DNA of 64,000 bases from a virus. The position numbers and the translations under genes were made by a program. Of the stretch, positions 44,438 through 54,796 are shown one piece after another. Location of the stretch: IMG/VR virus record IMGVR_UViG_3300045119_000180, positions 32,001 to 96,000 of that record. One strand, given 5' to 3'. Every line of letters begins with the position of its first letter. Positions within the stretch are counted from its first letter, which is position 1. The notes under the pieces are model-generated. The model was not told the origin of the DNA and ran no database searches. It saw only the letters and a list, made by a program, of their open reading frames with translations.

Positions 44438-45538
44438 CTAGAATTTAAGAAATTTTAACTCAGCCAACCAGGCTGCTTGAGCATTTTTAGAGTATTTTTG
44501 AAGCTTCTTTAGATTATCTTTTATAAGACCATTATTTTGATATATCTGGCAAAGCGTTTCGGTAATCTTTTCAACCGTAATGGTATCAGCCTGACTATCT
44601 TCGTCTAGCCAACGGATAGCCGGACTGCCAGCGATTGGCACGCCAGCCGAAACGATATCCGCGGCAATGATACAAAAGGTCTCTGAAAAGCTCACTTGCA
44701 TACCAATATCCATATATGAAAGGAATTGCAGGAACATAGTATGGTCCATCCAGCCGTGCTGGATAAGGTTGTGCTTCGTGCCAGCGAACAGAGCTACCAA
44801 ATTCTTATAGCAGCTGTTACCACCGGATTCGACGCGGGTGTTGTTGACGTGAAAGTTAAGGATCTTACCCTCACGGTCGGCGAATCTCATCGCAGCAATA
44901 GCCTGAATGAGGTTGTTCTTTAACGGCCGGATGGCGCCCATGCAGGCAACGGATAGATTCTGCTGGGGTTTAGTCGGGTTGAAATAGGGGTTTTTCGGAG
45001 CAGGGTAATAGGTAGGCAAATAAAGGAGCTTGTTGAGATTGACCAGCTTGTCGGTATAGAAGTCCTTCGCCTGACTGAAGGCTTCCTGGCTGTTCATCGC
45101 GACGTAAACGTTAGTGTACTTTGGATACTGGCTAATCCAATCGATCGCAATGCCTTCTTGGGCCAAAAAGGCGGCTTCCGAGTGGATCCGGACAATCCAA
45201 ATGACGTTAGGGTGTAAGGCGTTCAAAACGGCGAATTTACTAGGCACGACCCACAACGCCTCAATAATAACGACGTCTGGCTTAAATGCCGTAACTTCTT
45301 TATCAATCGAATTGTTGTCTACGACTTCAACGATCTTCGTAACGTAGCCGTTGGCCGCCAGCATATCGCTCGAGAACTTAGCGGAGTTATAAAGCCCGCT
45401 AGACATACCGGAATATGAATAATCATATCCGTGTCTTTCTTTAAGAATGAATAAAATACGAGCCTTGGGATCCGCTGGTTTGGGTTTAGGCTTGTCGTAA
45501 CCAACCATTTGAAACAACCGATTGATTGCTTTGTTCAC
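44438..45538 (-). CDS. GT-B (GT4-like) glycosyltransferase
   Basis: SGL, GAIRPLKN, SFSETFCIIAAD...GVP. Confidence 0.8.
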   Translation of the reverse strand: MNKAINRLFQMVGYDKPKPKPADPKARILFILKERHGYDYSYSGMSSGLYNSAKFSSDMLAANGYVTKIVEVVDNNSIDKEVTAFKPDVVIIEALWVVPSKFAVLNALHPNVIWIVRIHSEAAFLAQEGIAIDWISQYPKYTNVYVAMNSQEAFSQAKDFYTDKLVNLNKLLYLPTYYPAPKNPYFNPTKPQQNLSVACMGAIRPLKNNLIQAIAAMRFADREGKILNFHVNNTRVESGGNSCYKNLVALFAGTKHNLIQHGWMDHTMFLQFLSYMDIGMQVSFSETFCIIAADIVSAGVPIAGSPAIRWLDEDSQADTITVEKITETLCQIYQNNGLIKDNLKKLQKYSKNAQAAWLAELKFLKF

Positions 45539-45565
45539 TCTTTCTCCGGTATATCGGGGTAGTTT

Positions 45566-47266
45566 TTACTTCTCTTCTGGAACTGGTTTAGTTAAATCCC
45601 ACTCGGGTTCTTTTAACCCACCTGTAATTTCAGCTGGATTACCACTTGTGGCTTTCATACCAAATGATTTTTCTATTAAAGCGTCCCTGGTAAGATCACC
45701 AGGGGCGATTGCATTGCTTAAAATGTCGCCTAGAACACTTCCGGCAATAGAGCCAGCCGGGCCAGCGATAGCAGAACCGGCGCCTGTAGCCGCCAGTTTG
45801 GCTACCCCGCCAGCAATTCTACGGGCTGTATTTGCTTTACCGCTACCGCGGACTGTTTTATCGCCAGCGTAAATCTGTCTTTCGGCGGCATTTCGAATCC
45901 GGATTAATGACCCCTCGTCTTTACGAAGTTCGTCTACGCCATCAAATCCTCTGGCTTCCAACTGGCCGTAAATACCCTCACGAAGAGAGTCGGCCGCTAC
46001 TTGTCTAGCTGCGAAGCCGGGATCGTCGGCTTGAGCACTAGCTACGTCGTATTTGTTCTTTTGTAACGTGGCCCTGTTACGATTGTTAAGATCGCGCCGA
46101 ATTCTATCCGCCTCTGCAATCGTAGGATTCTCAAGGTTGTATTCTTTTAAAGCCTTCAATCCTTCGTCAGCAAAGCCTATTTTGGTATTCTTGTTGAGTT
46201 CTCTTTCGACGTCTTTCAGGACATTCGTAGTAATAGGGTCATTGGCTATCTTGCCGACGGCTTGTCCGATTCTATTTTCTCTTTCTTTAATCTCGACATC
46301 CGATGCATCACGGATATCCTGGACGTTTCTTATTTCCTGGCCTTCTACGCTATGATGTTCTTCAAGAATGTTACGGGCCGTTTGAAGGTCTGCGTCTTCA
46401 TAAGGAGTTGATTTAGACGGCGGAATCGCCTTACGCATATTCTGAAGAGCTTGCGTCTTGATAGCGTCAGCTTGTTTTCCAGTCGCTCGTTCAGCCAGTT
46501 TCCCGGATTGCTCACCGACAGGCCCTAGAACAGTCTTGCCGACCGCTTGACCAGCCTTTTGCGGCAGCGTCGGCTGAGCTTCTTGGATACCCACGGTAGG
46601 TTCAGGAAGCAATTCTGGTTTAGCACCGAGAATCTTACCTACGACAGAACTAGCGGCCTTCGGGGCGTGCTCCAGGGCCAATAGCATTGTTATATCAGTG
46701 GCCGCTCCGGAATGGTCGCCTGCTTCCCAACGCTCCGCTATGTTGTTAATCATAGGCCCTAAAACCGGAACGGCTGATAGTCCCGTATCTGTCAAACCAG
46801 ATAAATAAGCATTTGCGCCAGCCCAATGCTGACCTTTTTGCATCAGATCGTGAGCTGCTTGGCGCTCATCGTGACCTTTATCAGCCAGCATGACGGCTGG
46901 AGCATCGATTAACCGATGGTAAGCTAACGTAGCTCGGCTCGGATTATTAGCTAGCTCTTCTGGAATAGCTTCGTTATACTTTTTATTCTCTGCTTGTATT
47001 TTGTTAAGAATATCCGATTTTTCTTGTTCCGTGGCAGGATCGGACAAAGCATGGTATAAACCTTTAACTAATCCGACTGTATTACGCTTTACACCTGCTA
47101 TAACGCCCTGATCTTCCGGAGCAATTTCTTTTTGCATCGGGGCTTGAGATACTACAGCCCAAGGATTGTCTTCTGGAGCAGAAGCAGGAGAAGTAGAAGA
47201 AACGGGGGTTTGAGATACCACCGCCCAAGGATCGTCTACAGTTTGCGTATTTTGAGGATCTGGCAT
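45566..47266 (-). CDS. internal virion / DNA ejection protein
   Basis: DPW repeats at the N-terminus, Ala/Gly-rich hydrophobic segments, position after pilot proteins. Confidence 0.6.
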   Translation of the reverse strand: MPDPQNTQTVDDPWAVVSQTPVSSTSPASAPEDNPWAVVSQAPMQKEIAPEDQGVIAGVKRNTVGLVKGLYHALSDPATEQEKSDILNKIQAENKKYNEAIPEELANNPSRATLAYHRLIDAPAVMLADKGHDERQAAHDLMQKGQHWAGANAYLSGLTDTGLSAVPVLGPMINNIAERWEAGDHSGAATDITMLLALEHAPKAASSVVGKILGAKPELLPEPTVGIQEAQPTLPQKAGQAVGKTVLGPVGEQSGKLAERATGKQADAIKTQALQNMRKAIPPSKSTPYEDADLQTARNILEEHHSVEGQEIRNVQDIRDASDVEIKERENRIGQAVGKIANDPITTNVLKDVERELNKNTKIGFADEGLKALKEYNLENPTIAEADRIRRDLNNRNRATLQKNKYDVASAQADDPGFAARQVAADSLREGIYGQLEARGFDGVDELRKDEGSLIRIRNAAERQIYAGDKTVRGSGKANTARRIAGGVAKLAATGAGSAIAGPAGSIAGSVLGDILSNAIAPGDLTRDALIEKSFGMKATSGNPAEITGGLKEPEWDLTKPVPEEK

Positions 47267-49524
47267 TATTTAGTCTCTAGCTGAACAGGTTTGCCGTTCT
47301 GAAGTGTCCATACTTGGCCGTTTTTAAATTCTGTCCGGCGGCCTTCTTGTAGTTGAGAAATAGCCGCAAGTGGTAATGATGGAGGTGGCGTTGCGTTTTT
47401 AAGCGCGTCTTGACTCGCTTCTGCGTCTGTTGGCGGTTTCCAGTTAGGATCGTGGAACAATGTGTCGCCAACGTTTAAGTTGCCTAGAATTCGTTTTGTC
47501 TCTGGATCGACGTTAAGATGAACTGCGGAATCCGCGGCGTCTTTAGACACAATAGCGGGAACATTCTTTCCGGCAATACGCTTATATTGCTCATTAATGT
47601 TGCTCAATCGAACAGCACCGATATGCGCTATTTGTTTTAATGACGCGCCTAACTGAGCTGGTGTAACAGCTGGATTAAGAACTTGAGCGTACGCCTGACT
47701 ATCTGCGTCTGATGGTTTATATCCGCCGGCCATTAGAAGCTCAAATTCGCTACGCAGCGCAGTAGCTATCGTAGTCAATTCGTTGGCTTCCGTGCCCCAA
47801 CCTTGTTTCTCCATAGCGTTAAGACCGGTGTTAATAAATTTTGGATTATTAGCTCTTCCAGTTGCGCTAAGAAGGGTGTCTTGTAGTTGAGCAGAGTGCT
47901 GTAAAGCGTTGTTGTATTGTCCTATAGCCTTACCCAAATCACCGCCCGTAACTTGCTTATATGCAGTTTGGGTAGCGCGATATTGCTGCTCGTCCCAATT
48001 CGGATTCAACTGCTTGATGATTCCGATCGCTTGTTGTGCGTTCATGCCGGGGGCGCCTTTCGTTAGACGAACAGGGAAGATATTATGAAAGTCAAGGCTG
48101 CCCGGGCCGAATGCAATTGCCATAAGAGCGCCGCGGCTATCTTCCGGAGCGCTATTTATAGCGTTCTTTTGACTTTCAGTCATGGTAGCCAATTTGGCTT
48201 CCATGTCAGGACTTAATGGCGTCCCTGTGCTTTTGATAGCTGGGCCGTTCTGTTTAGCCCACTCCATCGCCCTGGTCTGCTGCTTGTCATAAGCCTGTTC
48301 GTACATCTTCAGGCCTTCTGCGGCATTACCATTGCCTAGAACGCCCATAACTGCTTGCTGTTGATCAGGGTGCGCTCGTAGCATTGCTTGTGTAGCTTTG
48401 ATTACGTCGCCGTTGGATTTGGCCATCGCGGCGCCGAACTCAGGTTGGATAGCGTTCACTCTGGCGTATTGATCGTGACGATCTTTAACATCTTCAAACG
48501 ACATCTTTTCAAGTTCGTTCTTCTGTTGAAACTGTTCTAGAGCCGCCTGTGCCACTTCATTACTACGGGCACGCTGGAGAAGATGAAGAGCCTCGCTACC
48601 TTTCATCTGCTGGCCTTCTTGAAGGTCTTCACCAGTCGGAGCGTATTTATTAACTTCTGCGGCTTTAGCTTTGTCGAAAGTAAACGAAGCTGGGATTTCA
48701 GTTACGTTATAAAGTGTCTCAAATTGAGACTGTCCCGTCTTCGGATCCTTACCTACTTCTCTACGGTCGACGGGGAAGGCGGTATATTCATGACCATTAA
48801 CGTGACCTTCCTGCATCAATTTGTTTACTTCGTCCGATGAAACCTTTTCCTTGATCGTAGCCGCTGGAACATCACCTGAAGTAAACGCTTGATAGTCCTT
48901 TTTGCCCTGGTCGACGTTGTGTTCCTTGCTTTCCTGGTCCTCTAAAGCGTTATGAAGGAGAACTTGAGTGTGATAGTTTTCAAGGTTAGTATGCGCAATC
49001 AAGGCGTCATTACGGTCCTTTTCTCTTTGCTCCGTATTCAACTGCCGTTGATTATTAAACTGTTGCTGTTTCTGCGCCTCGAGCCGATTATTACGATTGG
49101 CCAACGTTTCGCTAATGCCACGCAAAGCACCGCCGCCAGGTTTATCGCTAGCATCGCCAAGACCAGATAATGCGCTTTGAGCCGCACCGACTAATGAACG
49201 AGCCCAGCCGCCAGGCTGGTTAAGGACTTGAGGATTGCTCTTCGTAAGACTGTCCGCGATCCGGGCCATCTGTTGACCAAAGCCCTCGCTAACTCCGATC
49301 TTTGGTTCTTCAGGCGCCATTGACGGCTGACCAGACAATGCCGGGGATATTGGCGCAGGCATTGATGCTGGACCGCCGGCGACAGGCACAGGGCCTTGAT
49401 ATGGCGGAGTAGGATTAATAGCTAATTCAGAACTGTCCGGCACTAATCCGGCAAGCGGATTGCCGCCAGCCAGGATGTTTTGCGCCGCGGACATCTCCGG
49501 CGACAGCTGTATAATTGGAGCCAT
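47266..49524 (-). CDS. internal virion / DNA ejection protein
   Basis: Gln/Ala-rich helical protein, C-terminal FKNGQVWTLQNG motif. Confidence 0.6.
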   Translation of the reverse strand: MAPIIQLSPEMSAAQNILAGGNPLAGLVPDSSELAINPTPPYQGPVPVAGGPASMPAPISPALSGQPSMAPEEPKIGVSEGFGQQMARIADSLTKSNPQVLNQPGGWARSLVGAAQSALSGLGDASDKPGGGALRGISETLANRNNRLEAQKQQQFNNQRQLNTEQREKDRNDALIAHTNLENYHTQVLLHNALEDQESKEHNVDQGKKDYQAFTSGDVPAATIKEKVSSDEVNKLMQEGHVNGHEYTAFPVDRREVGKDPKTGQSQFETLYNVTEIPASFTFDKAKAAEVNKYAPTGEDLQEGQQMKGSEALHLLQRARSNEVAQAALEQFQQKNELEKMSFEDVKDRHDQYARVNAIQPEFGAAMAKSNGDVIKATQAMLRAHPDQQQAVMGVLGNGNAAEGLKMYEQAYDKQQTRAMEWAKQNGPAIKSTGTPLSPDMEAKLATMTESQKNAINSAPEDSRGALMAIAFGPGSLDFHNIFPVRLTKGAPGMNAQQAIGIIKQLNPNWDEQQYRATQTAYKQVTGGDLGKAIGQYNNALQHSAQLQDTLLSATGRANNPKFINTGLNAMEKQGWGTEANELTTIATALRSEFELLMAGGYKPSDADSQAYAQVLNPAVTPAQLGASLKQIAHIGAVRLSNINEQYKRIAGKNVPAIVSKDAADSAVHLNVDPETKRILGNLNVGDTLFHDPNWKPPTDAEASQDALKNATPPPSLPLAAISQLQEGRRTEFKNGQVWTLQNGKPVQLETK

Positions 49525-49527
49525 TAT

Positions 49528-50232
49528 TTATCCACCCGCCAATGCGTTAAGTCCGCCGCTAAAGAAATTACCCATCTGCTCGCCACCCGTTGATCCGCCG
49601 GTTTTATCAAGATTTCCGAGTGCTCCGCCTAACCCTGGCAGGAGGAAGTTGCTAGCCAGACTTGTCACACCGCCTGCAATGTCCTTGGCCAAAGCCTGAT
49701 TTTGCTGCTGGATTTGATTAGCTTCACCGAATGCAGTGTTGTTGGCTTGATTGCCAAGACTGGCAAACTGCTCCGGATTTTCTAATCCCGCTAGGGCATT
49801 CATACCAGCATTAGCTTGAAAGAAATTCTGCCTGCCGGTAGCATAGTTCTCAGCCGTGATTTGATTCTGTGCGTTAGATAGATTGCCAGCCGCTTGGCTA
49901 GCCAGACTGGCTTTGATCTGCTGGTCGATACCACTCTGAAGCCCATTGCCACCGCCGCCGCGGCCAGCTAATTGACTTCCGACGGCTTGAGCGGCGTTGC
50001 GGTAATTACCAGCGGTAGTGTTGATCGCCTGAGTGTTCCGGGCCGCTAATTCCGCAGGAGTAAAGCCCTGCTGACCAACGCCGGCCTCGAGAATAGGCGA
50101 CAAAGCTGTATTTAAGCTTGATAGGATATCGCTCTGATTGGCGAATCGGCTGCCGAAGCTACCTTGCAGCGTATTAGCAAAGCCTTGTTCATTTCCGGCT
50201 AAATTCTTTTCAGCGCCGCTAGGACCACACGT
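49528..50232 (-). CDS. DNA pilot/ejection protein (likely ACG start, MCGPSG...)
   Basis: Frame open for 43 codons upstream of TTG 50103 to GAGGG-7nt-ACG TGT GGT CCT; Gly/Ala/Gln-rich. Confidence 0.65.
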   Translation of the reverse strand, partial: TCGPSGAEKNLAGNEQGFANTLQGSFGSRFANQSDILSSLNTALSPILEAGVGQQGFTPAELAARNTQAINTTAGNYRNAAQAVGSQLAGRGGGGNGLQSGIDQQIKASLASQAAGNLSNAQNQITAENYATGRQNFFQANAGMNALAGLENPEQFASLGNQANNTAFGEANQIQQQNQALAKDIAGGVTSLASNFLLPGLGGALGNLDKTGGSTGGEQMGNFFSGGLNALAGG

Positions 50233-50253
50233 ATGAATACCCTCTTTTTAGAG

Positions 50254-50282
50254 TTGACAAATACTTTTATATAGTTTATAAT
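50254..50282 (+). promoter_or_regulatory. perfect sigma70 promoter for the antisense HNH-AP2 gene
   Basis: TTGACA-17-TATAAT; ATG 6 nt downstream. Confidence 0.8.
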
Positions 50283-50288
50283 ATATAA

Positions 50289-50855
50289 ATGACTGCCAAA
50301 TCTAAGTTTAAAACTCTATCTAATGGTTCTGCAATTCTTTACTTAACAAACGGTTTTGAGGCTGTTATAGACGCCTCCGATATCAACTTGGTTAAAAATG
50401 ATCTTTGGTCCGCTAGAAAACGTGCAAAACGTCACGCTTTGTATGTAAGACGCCGTTTCAAACCTTGGGGTTTACACCAAGTAATAATGGGTGACATAAA
50501 CATAGATCACAAAGACGGCGACGGTCTAAATAACAGACGATCAAACCTTCGAAAATGTACAAATCAGCAGAATCAACGAAACTCCGGGAAAAAACGATAT
50601 CGTGCTGATAAACCACCGTCATCTAAATACAAGGGCGTTACTAGAAATGAAAGTAAAAATCGTCGAAGATGCTGGTCAGCAATGATATACTTAGGAGGCG
50701 GATCTCCAACCTCTTTAGGACGTTACGGATCACAGAAACAAGCCGCGCTAGCATATGACGCAGCCGCTAAAGCCCATTTCGGAGAATTCGCAAGACTTAA
50801 TTTTCCATGTGAGAAAACATCAACGTGTAATCATTGCCTTCACCAGAATGAGTAA
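50289..50855 (+). CDS. HNH homing endonuclease with AP2 domain
   Basis: IDHKDGDGLNNRRSNLR; SKYKGV...LGRY...AALAYD.AA...FGEFARLNF. Confidence 0.92.
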   Translation: MTAKSKFKTLSNGSAILYLTNGFEAVIDASDINLVKNDLWSARKRAKRHALYVRRRFKPWGLHQVIMGDINIDHKDGDGLNNRRSNLRKCTNQQNQRNSGKKRYRADKPPSSKYKGVTRNESKNRRRCWSAMIYLGGGSPTSLGRYGSQKQAALAYDAAAKAHFGEFARLNFPCEKTSTCNHCLHQNE

Positions 50856-51210
50856 AACCTAGCTTCGCCATAAATCCGATAAGCGTAGGGCTGACGGATT
50901 CGAATACGATACCTTTAAACTTCGGTCGCATTGCTTCTATAAACTTAGGAAACGTTTTTAATATCGCCTTGGCTACACGAATCTTTGATACTTCTTCGAA
51001 TGGGGCGAATTGAGTAGACATCCTTAATAGATCGCTCTCTTGGTCGAATCGCAAATAGAAAACCGGACCGATACTATCCTGCAACGCGCAACTAAGATAG
51101 CCGTTGCCAGTTAGCCACCAATCAGCCGGTTGATCCTTATGGTAAGGATCCTTGTCGATCCATTCTTTAATTTGTTCTAAATCTGTATCGACTGAAGGAG
51201 AGAAGATCAT
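50797..51210 (-). CDS. GNAT-fold virion assembly protein (P22 gp14/T7 gp13-like position)
   Basis: Ends [11 protein letters not shown]; sits upstream of the MC-start ejection protein. Confidence 0.5.
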   Translation of the reverse strand: MIFSPSVDTDLEQIKEWIDKDPYHKDQPADWWLTGNGYLSCALQDSIGPVFYLRFDQESDLLRMSTQFAPFEEVSKIRVAKAILKTFPKFIEAMRPKFKGIVFESVSPTLIGFMAKLGFTHSGEGNDYTLMFSHMEN

Positions 51211-51674
51211 TTAAAAACGGAGTTCCTTTTTCGCCTATTGTTGGATTGCTCTTTCATAGTCGCCCAACGACAATTTTCCGGTTCGTAATTACCGTCGTTG
51301 TCAATCCTGTCTAGAGTTTTACCTTCGGGACGAGATCCCATATCCTGTAAGAAACTCTCGAAATCTTCTCGCCACTTTAAACACATCGAAATTCGTCCTT
51401 TATAATAAGGACTATTAGTACATCGACGTTTAGCACTCAACCAAGATATATAAGTCGGCGAAGGGCCGCCTTTGGTTTTATGCCCGTGAACAGACGGTTT
51501 TCCTCGAAGACAACCACAACTTTTAACGCCGCCAAAAATTAAATTATTAGAACTAGCTTTAGTACTATTTCCACAATCGCATTTGCACTGCCACATAACT
51601 AAATTACAAACACGATCTTTTAACGGCTTAATTGCTATTAATTTTCCGTACCGAAAACCTTTTAGATTTTTCAT
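51207..51674 (-). CDS. HNH homing endonuclease
   Basis: [40 protein letters not shown]. Confidence 0.9.
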   Translation of the reverse strand: MKNLKGFRYGKLIAIKPLKDRVCNLVMWQCKCDCGNSTKASSNNLIFGGVKSCGCLRGKPSVHGHKTKGGPSPTYISWLSAKRRCTNSPYYKGRISMCLKWREDFESFLQDMGSRPEGKTLDRIDNDGNYEPENCRWATMKEQSNNRRKRNSVFK

Positions 51675-51709
51675 TGCGTAACCTCAAACTTATTGTACCA
51701 CAGGTCTAA

Positions 51710-53497
51710 TTACGCAAACAAGGGGATCCAATACGCCACGCCACCTATCGTAACTCGTTGATACAGGACAATAGTTTGTGGTGCTGCCGGACCAGTTCCG
51801 CCGCCTAATGTAGTTGTAGTAACAGCCGTACCGGAAGAGCCCGTACCGAATCCGACTGGACTGCCCAAAACCGGCGCCATCAGCGTATAGCTACCTTCAG
51901 TTCCTTGTGTAATCCCCCATTGAACGATATCCGCAATGTTGCCAATAAAGAAACTATCCGGACCGGAATAAGCATGACAGTTTAAAATTGAGATTCCGGC
52001 GCTTAATGTCGCGGCAGTTTGGTTGACAATAAAACCTTGGCCAACGCCTAAGCCCGGACTGGCCGTGCCGATTCCGGTGTTATTAAAGAATCCTGAATCG
52101 TGCATTGTTATGCCTAAAGAACCGAAGCCCGAACCTACACCGACTTGAAGTACGCCTTGAACAGCTTCGAAATGGCCTTGGTCGATAGATACGGTATCCG
52201 CCCCGCTGATAATTAAGCCGCGTCCGGCAAATTGGCAAGTCAATAGATCGAATTTAATATTGTAAGGCACGAACGCTGTTCCTGTGCCCTGACTGATATT
52301 GATATTCGTCTGGCCGTCTTGTGTATTAAAAGTTCCGTCGAACTGGCAGTTTTCGAATTTTAAAGAGTTATTAAAGCCGATAATCTGCAATGCATAGCTG
52401 CTATTTAACGGCCGTATAGCGATAACTTGACGGAATGTATTGAATTGATTAACCGATCCGCTAGCTTGTCCATCAAGGTTAAAAGAAATACCCATAAAAC
52501 CATTGATGTAAATATCGTTAAAAGACGAATACCACAATCCGAAAGTCGCGCCGGCGATTACGTTAATGCCAGTCTGCGACGTATTCCCAACAGTAGCCTG
52601 CAATAAAAAGTCGGATAAATTGACGTGCTGGACAGCATCGGTTTGAAAAATAACAATTGGTGGAGTAGCGTTTCCACCGGTAGCTTGAAGCGTAGTTCCA
52701 GCGGTATTTTGTGTTGGAACGCCAGAGCCGAAAATCCTAAAATTTGTTCGTAGAGTAATCTGATTTACTGTATACGTATATGGTCCGAGCAGTAAGGTTA
52801 CTGCTTTATTGCCGGGATCAAAGGTTCCGATCGCCAATGCGGCAGAACTATTATTGCCTCGCATATCGATCGTTCCGCCGACAGCCGGCAGCGCAGCTAA
52901 AGCCTGCTGGATAGTCGTATAAGTCGTACCGTCGACCGTAATGACGTTGTTGATGTTTCCAGAAACGATAGGAAACGGCAACTGACTGGAAGTTATACTG
53001 CCATTGATACCGCTAAGATTCGGCAGTTGGCTAGCCGTTGCGGTACCAGTTATCTGATCTAACGTCGGTATTTGACCAGGCGTGGCAGATCCTGCGATTT
53101 CGCTAAAGCTATAATCGCCGAATTGCGCTACGACAGCACCGTTCCTGCCGAATACACTTGAAACCTGTTGTTGGATCGAGCCGATCGAAACCCACGTATT
53201 TGAAGAACCGACTACTTGAAGCTCAAATACACTACCCGTACTAGTGTTAATATAAAGGCTGCCGGTCAGAAGTCCTGCAGTAACGGTAGGATCAGCCGTA
53301 CCTACGTAGATAAATGTCGGATTGCTGGGATTTACGCCATTGAAATTGGCCGTAACCTTCATCGTTAACGGATCTAAAGTCCACGTAACCGTCGGGCTGT
53401 CTGTAAGGTTAGGTTGCGCAACAGGCACGCCGTTGACAGCTTGCGGAAAGTTCTTATCGAAAATCCAACTACCGGGGGTCCAGACAGGATAGCTCAA
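51710..53497 (-). CDS. tailspike/tail fibre with beta-helix domain
   Basis: VSSVFGRNGAV, TIQQAL, pectate-lyase-like repeats, C-terminal YWIPLF; GAGGTG SD before TTG 53497. Confidence 0.7.
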   Translation of the reverse strand: MSYPVWTPGSWIFDKNFPQAVNGVPVAQPNLTDSPTVTWTLDPLTMKVTANFNGVNPSNPTFIYVGTADPTVTAGLLTGSLYINTSTGSVFELQVVGSSNTWVSIGSIQQQVSSVFGRNGAVVAQFGDYSFSEIAGSATPGQIPTLDQITGTATASQLPNLSGINGSITSSQLPFPIVSGNINNVITVDGTTYTTIQQALAALPAVGGTIDMRGNNSSAALAIGTFDPGNKAVTLLLGPYTYTVNQITLRTNFRIFGSGVPTQNTAGTTLQATGGNATPPIVIFQTDAVQHVNLSDFLLQATVGNTSQTGINVIAGATFGLWYSSFNDIYINGFMGISFNLDGQASGSVNQFNTFRQVIAIRPLNSSYALQIIGFNNSLKFENCQFDGTFNTQDGQTNINISQGTGTAFVPYNIKFDLLTCQFAGRGLIISGADTVSIDQGHFEAVQGVLQVGVGSGFGSLGITMHDSGFFNNTGIGTASPGLGVGQGFIVNQTAATLSAGISILNCHAYSGPDSFFIGNIADIVQWGITQGTEGSYTLMAPVLGSPVGFGTGSSGTAVTTTTLGGGTGPAAPQTIVLYQRVTIGGVAYWIPLFA

Positions 53498-53682
53498 GTT
53501 GATTTCACCTCGTCCGGATGGCCGGCACGATACGGATAGTCGCTGCTCCAAGGATCCATTACGGTCGGGCGTGGCTCCGGCTTTTTAGGTTCGTCTACGC
53601 CTTCAATAACTATTTTCGAGTTATCCTTAGCTTGACCGCTCTCGACTCGCTGTTTATGAACGTGCTTATAATCGTTTGGCAT
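53494..53682 (-). CDS. small hypothetical protein in the tail operon
   Basis: Fills the gap between tail genes with coupled stop/start. Confidence 0.55.
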   Translation of the reverse strand: MPNDYKHVHKQRVESGQAKDNSKIVIEGVDEPKKPEPRPTVMDPWSSDYPYRAGHPDEVKST

Positions 53683-53683
53683 A

Positions 53684-54796
53684 TTATACCGATGTTAAAA
53701 ATGATGCTTGTAAAAAAGATCCCGGCCCGGATTGAATGCTATTTTGTTTAGCTGTAGCGCCGCCGCCGGTAAAAACAACGCCGTATAACGTAAATGTAAC
53801 TGTTGTGGAATTGGCATATGTCACCGGACTAAAAACGCAACAAGACGCTCCGGCCGATCCGCCGTTTGTTGCTGCCGACTGACCACCCGAATAGCCGGCA
53901 AAAGTATGTGACCCGTCGCTAACATAACAGGTAAAACCATCAACAGTTGAAAAACCTGTAAAGTTGAAATATGTACTATAACTTATTAATGCTCTAAATG
54001 GCCCGCCACTTGACGGCGCTGTTGCCGTAATGGCAATTATCGTAGTCGGCGTAGTGCCTATAACAACATTTGTTACAAAAGGCGCGTCATTTTGCTGGAC
54101 AACAGCCGGATTCGTACTACCAGTAGCAGCAATCGTAATGTTTCCGCTGCCGCCGTCTGTAATTGTTGCTCCGCTGCCAGCTATAAGGTTTAAAATCGTT
54201 TGGCTACTATTTGGCGAACTGTTATTCTCTAACGCAATATTAGGAGGAACTTGATACGTAGCGTCTTCGCGAAGAAACTTTGTTATGCCAGCAATAGGCC
54301 CTGGATCAGGGACGGAACCGCCCTGATGCGTTGGCCCGCTAGCAATCATCTCCGTTTGTGCGATTACAACAGAGCCGCCGGAACCAGATGTTATAACAAT
54401 TCCGCCTGTGCCGTTTTGAAGGTCCAGTTTATTTTGAACTGAATTATTAAAGCCGTTTGTCTGTAAAAGTACTCCGCTGCCGTTTTCCGTAATGACTTGA
54501 TTGATAACCTGCTGACTGACCGATTTAGAAATACTTTGCGCGGCAGAATTAGCACTGGCCAAGCCAGAAAAAGACAATGGCATTAAGGGCGTTGAAGAAA
54601 TTCGCGGAGTGCTGTATTGCGTATCAACTAATTGAACGTCGTGTTGTAGAATCCCGCTCAGTCCACCAGTGTAATAATTACCTACTGGGCTGGGTGTGGG
54701 AGCCGCGCCTATTTGACTAGGCACCATAGGTGCAACGTCAAGCGGCTGCCAATTGCTTGGCAGTCCGGCCTCTTCTTGAATGGTTTTTTCAGGCAT
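53684..54796 (-). CDS. tail fibre/accessory virion protein
   Basis: Ser/Thr/Gly-rich, VPDPG...KFLREDATY fibre motif, beta-rich C-terminus. Confidence 0.65.
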   Translation of the reverse strand: MPEKTIQEEAGLPSNWQPLDVAPMVPSQIGAAPTPSPVGNYYTGGLSGILQHDVQLVDTQYSTPRISSTPLMPLSFSGLASANSAAQSISKSVSQQVINQVITENGSGVLLQTNGFNNSVQNKLDLQNGTGGIVITSGSGGSVVIAQTEMIASGPTHQGGSVPDPGPIAGITKFLREDATYQVPPNIALENNSSPNSSQTILNLIAGSGATITDGGSGNITIAATGSTNPAVVQQNDAPFVTNVVIGTTPTTIIAITATAPSSGGPFRALISYSTYFNFTGFSTVDGFTCYVSDGSHTFAGYSGGQSAATNGGSAGASCCVFSPVTYANSTTVTFTLYGVVFTGGGATAKQNSIQSGPGSFLQASFLTSV

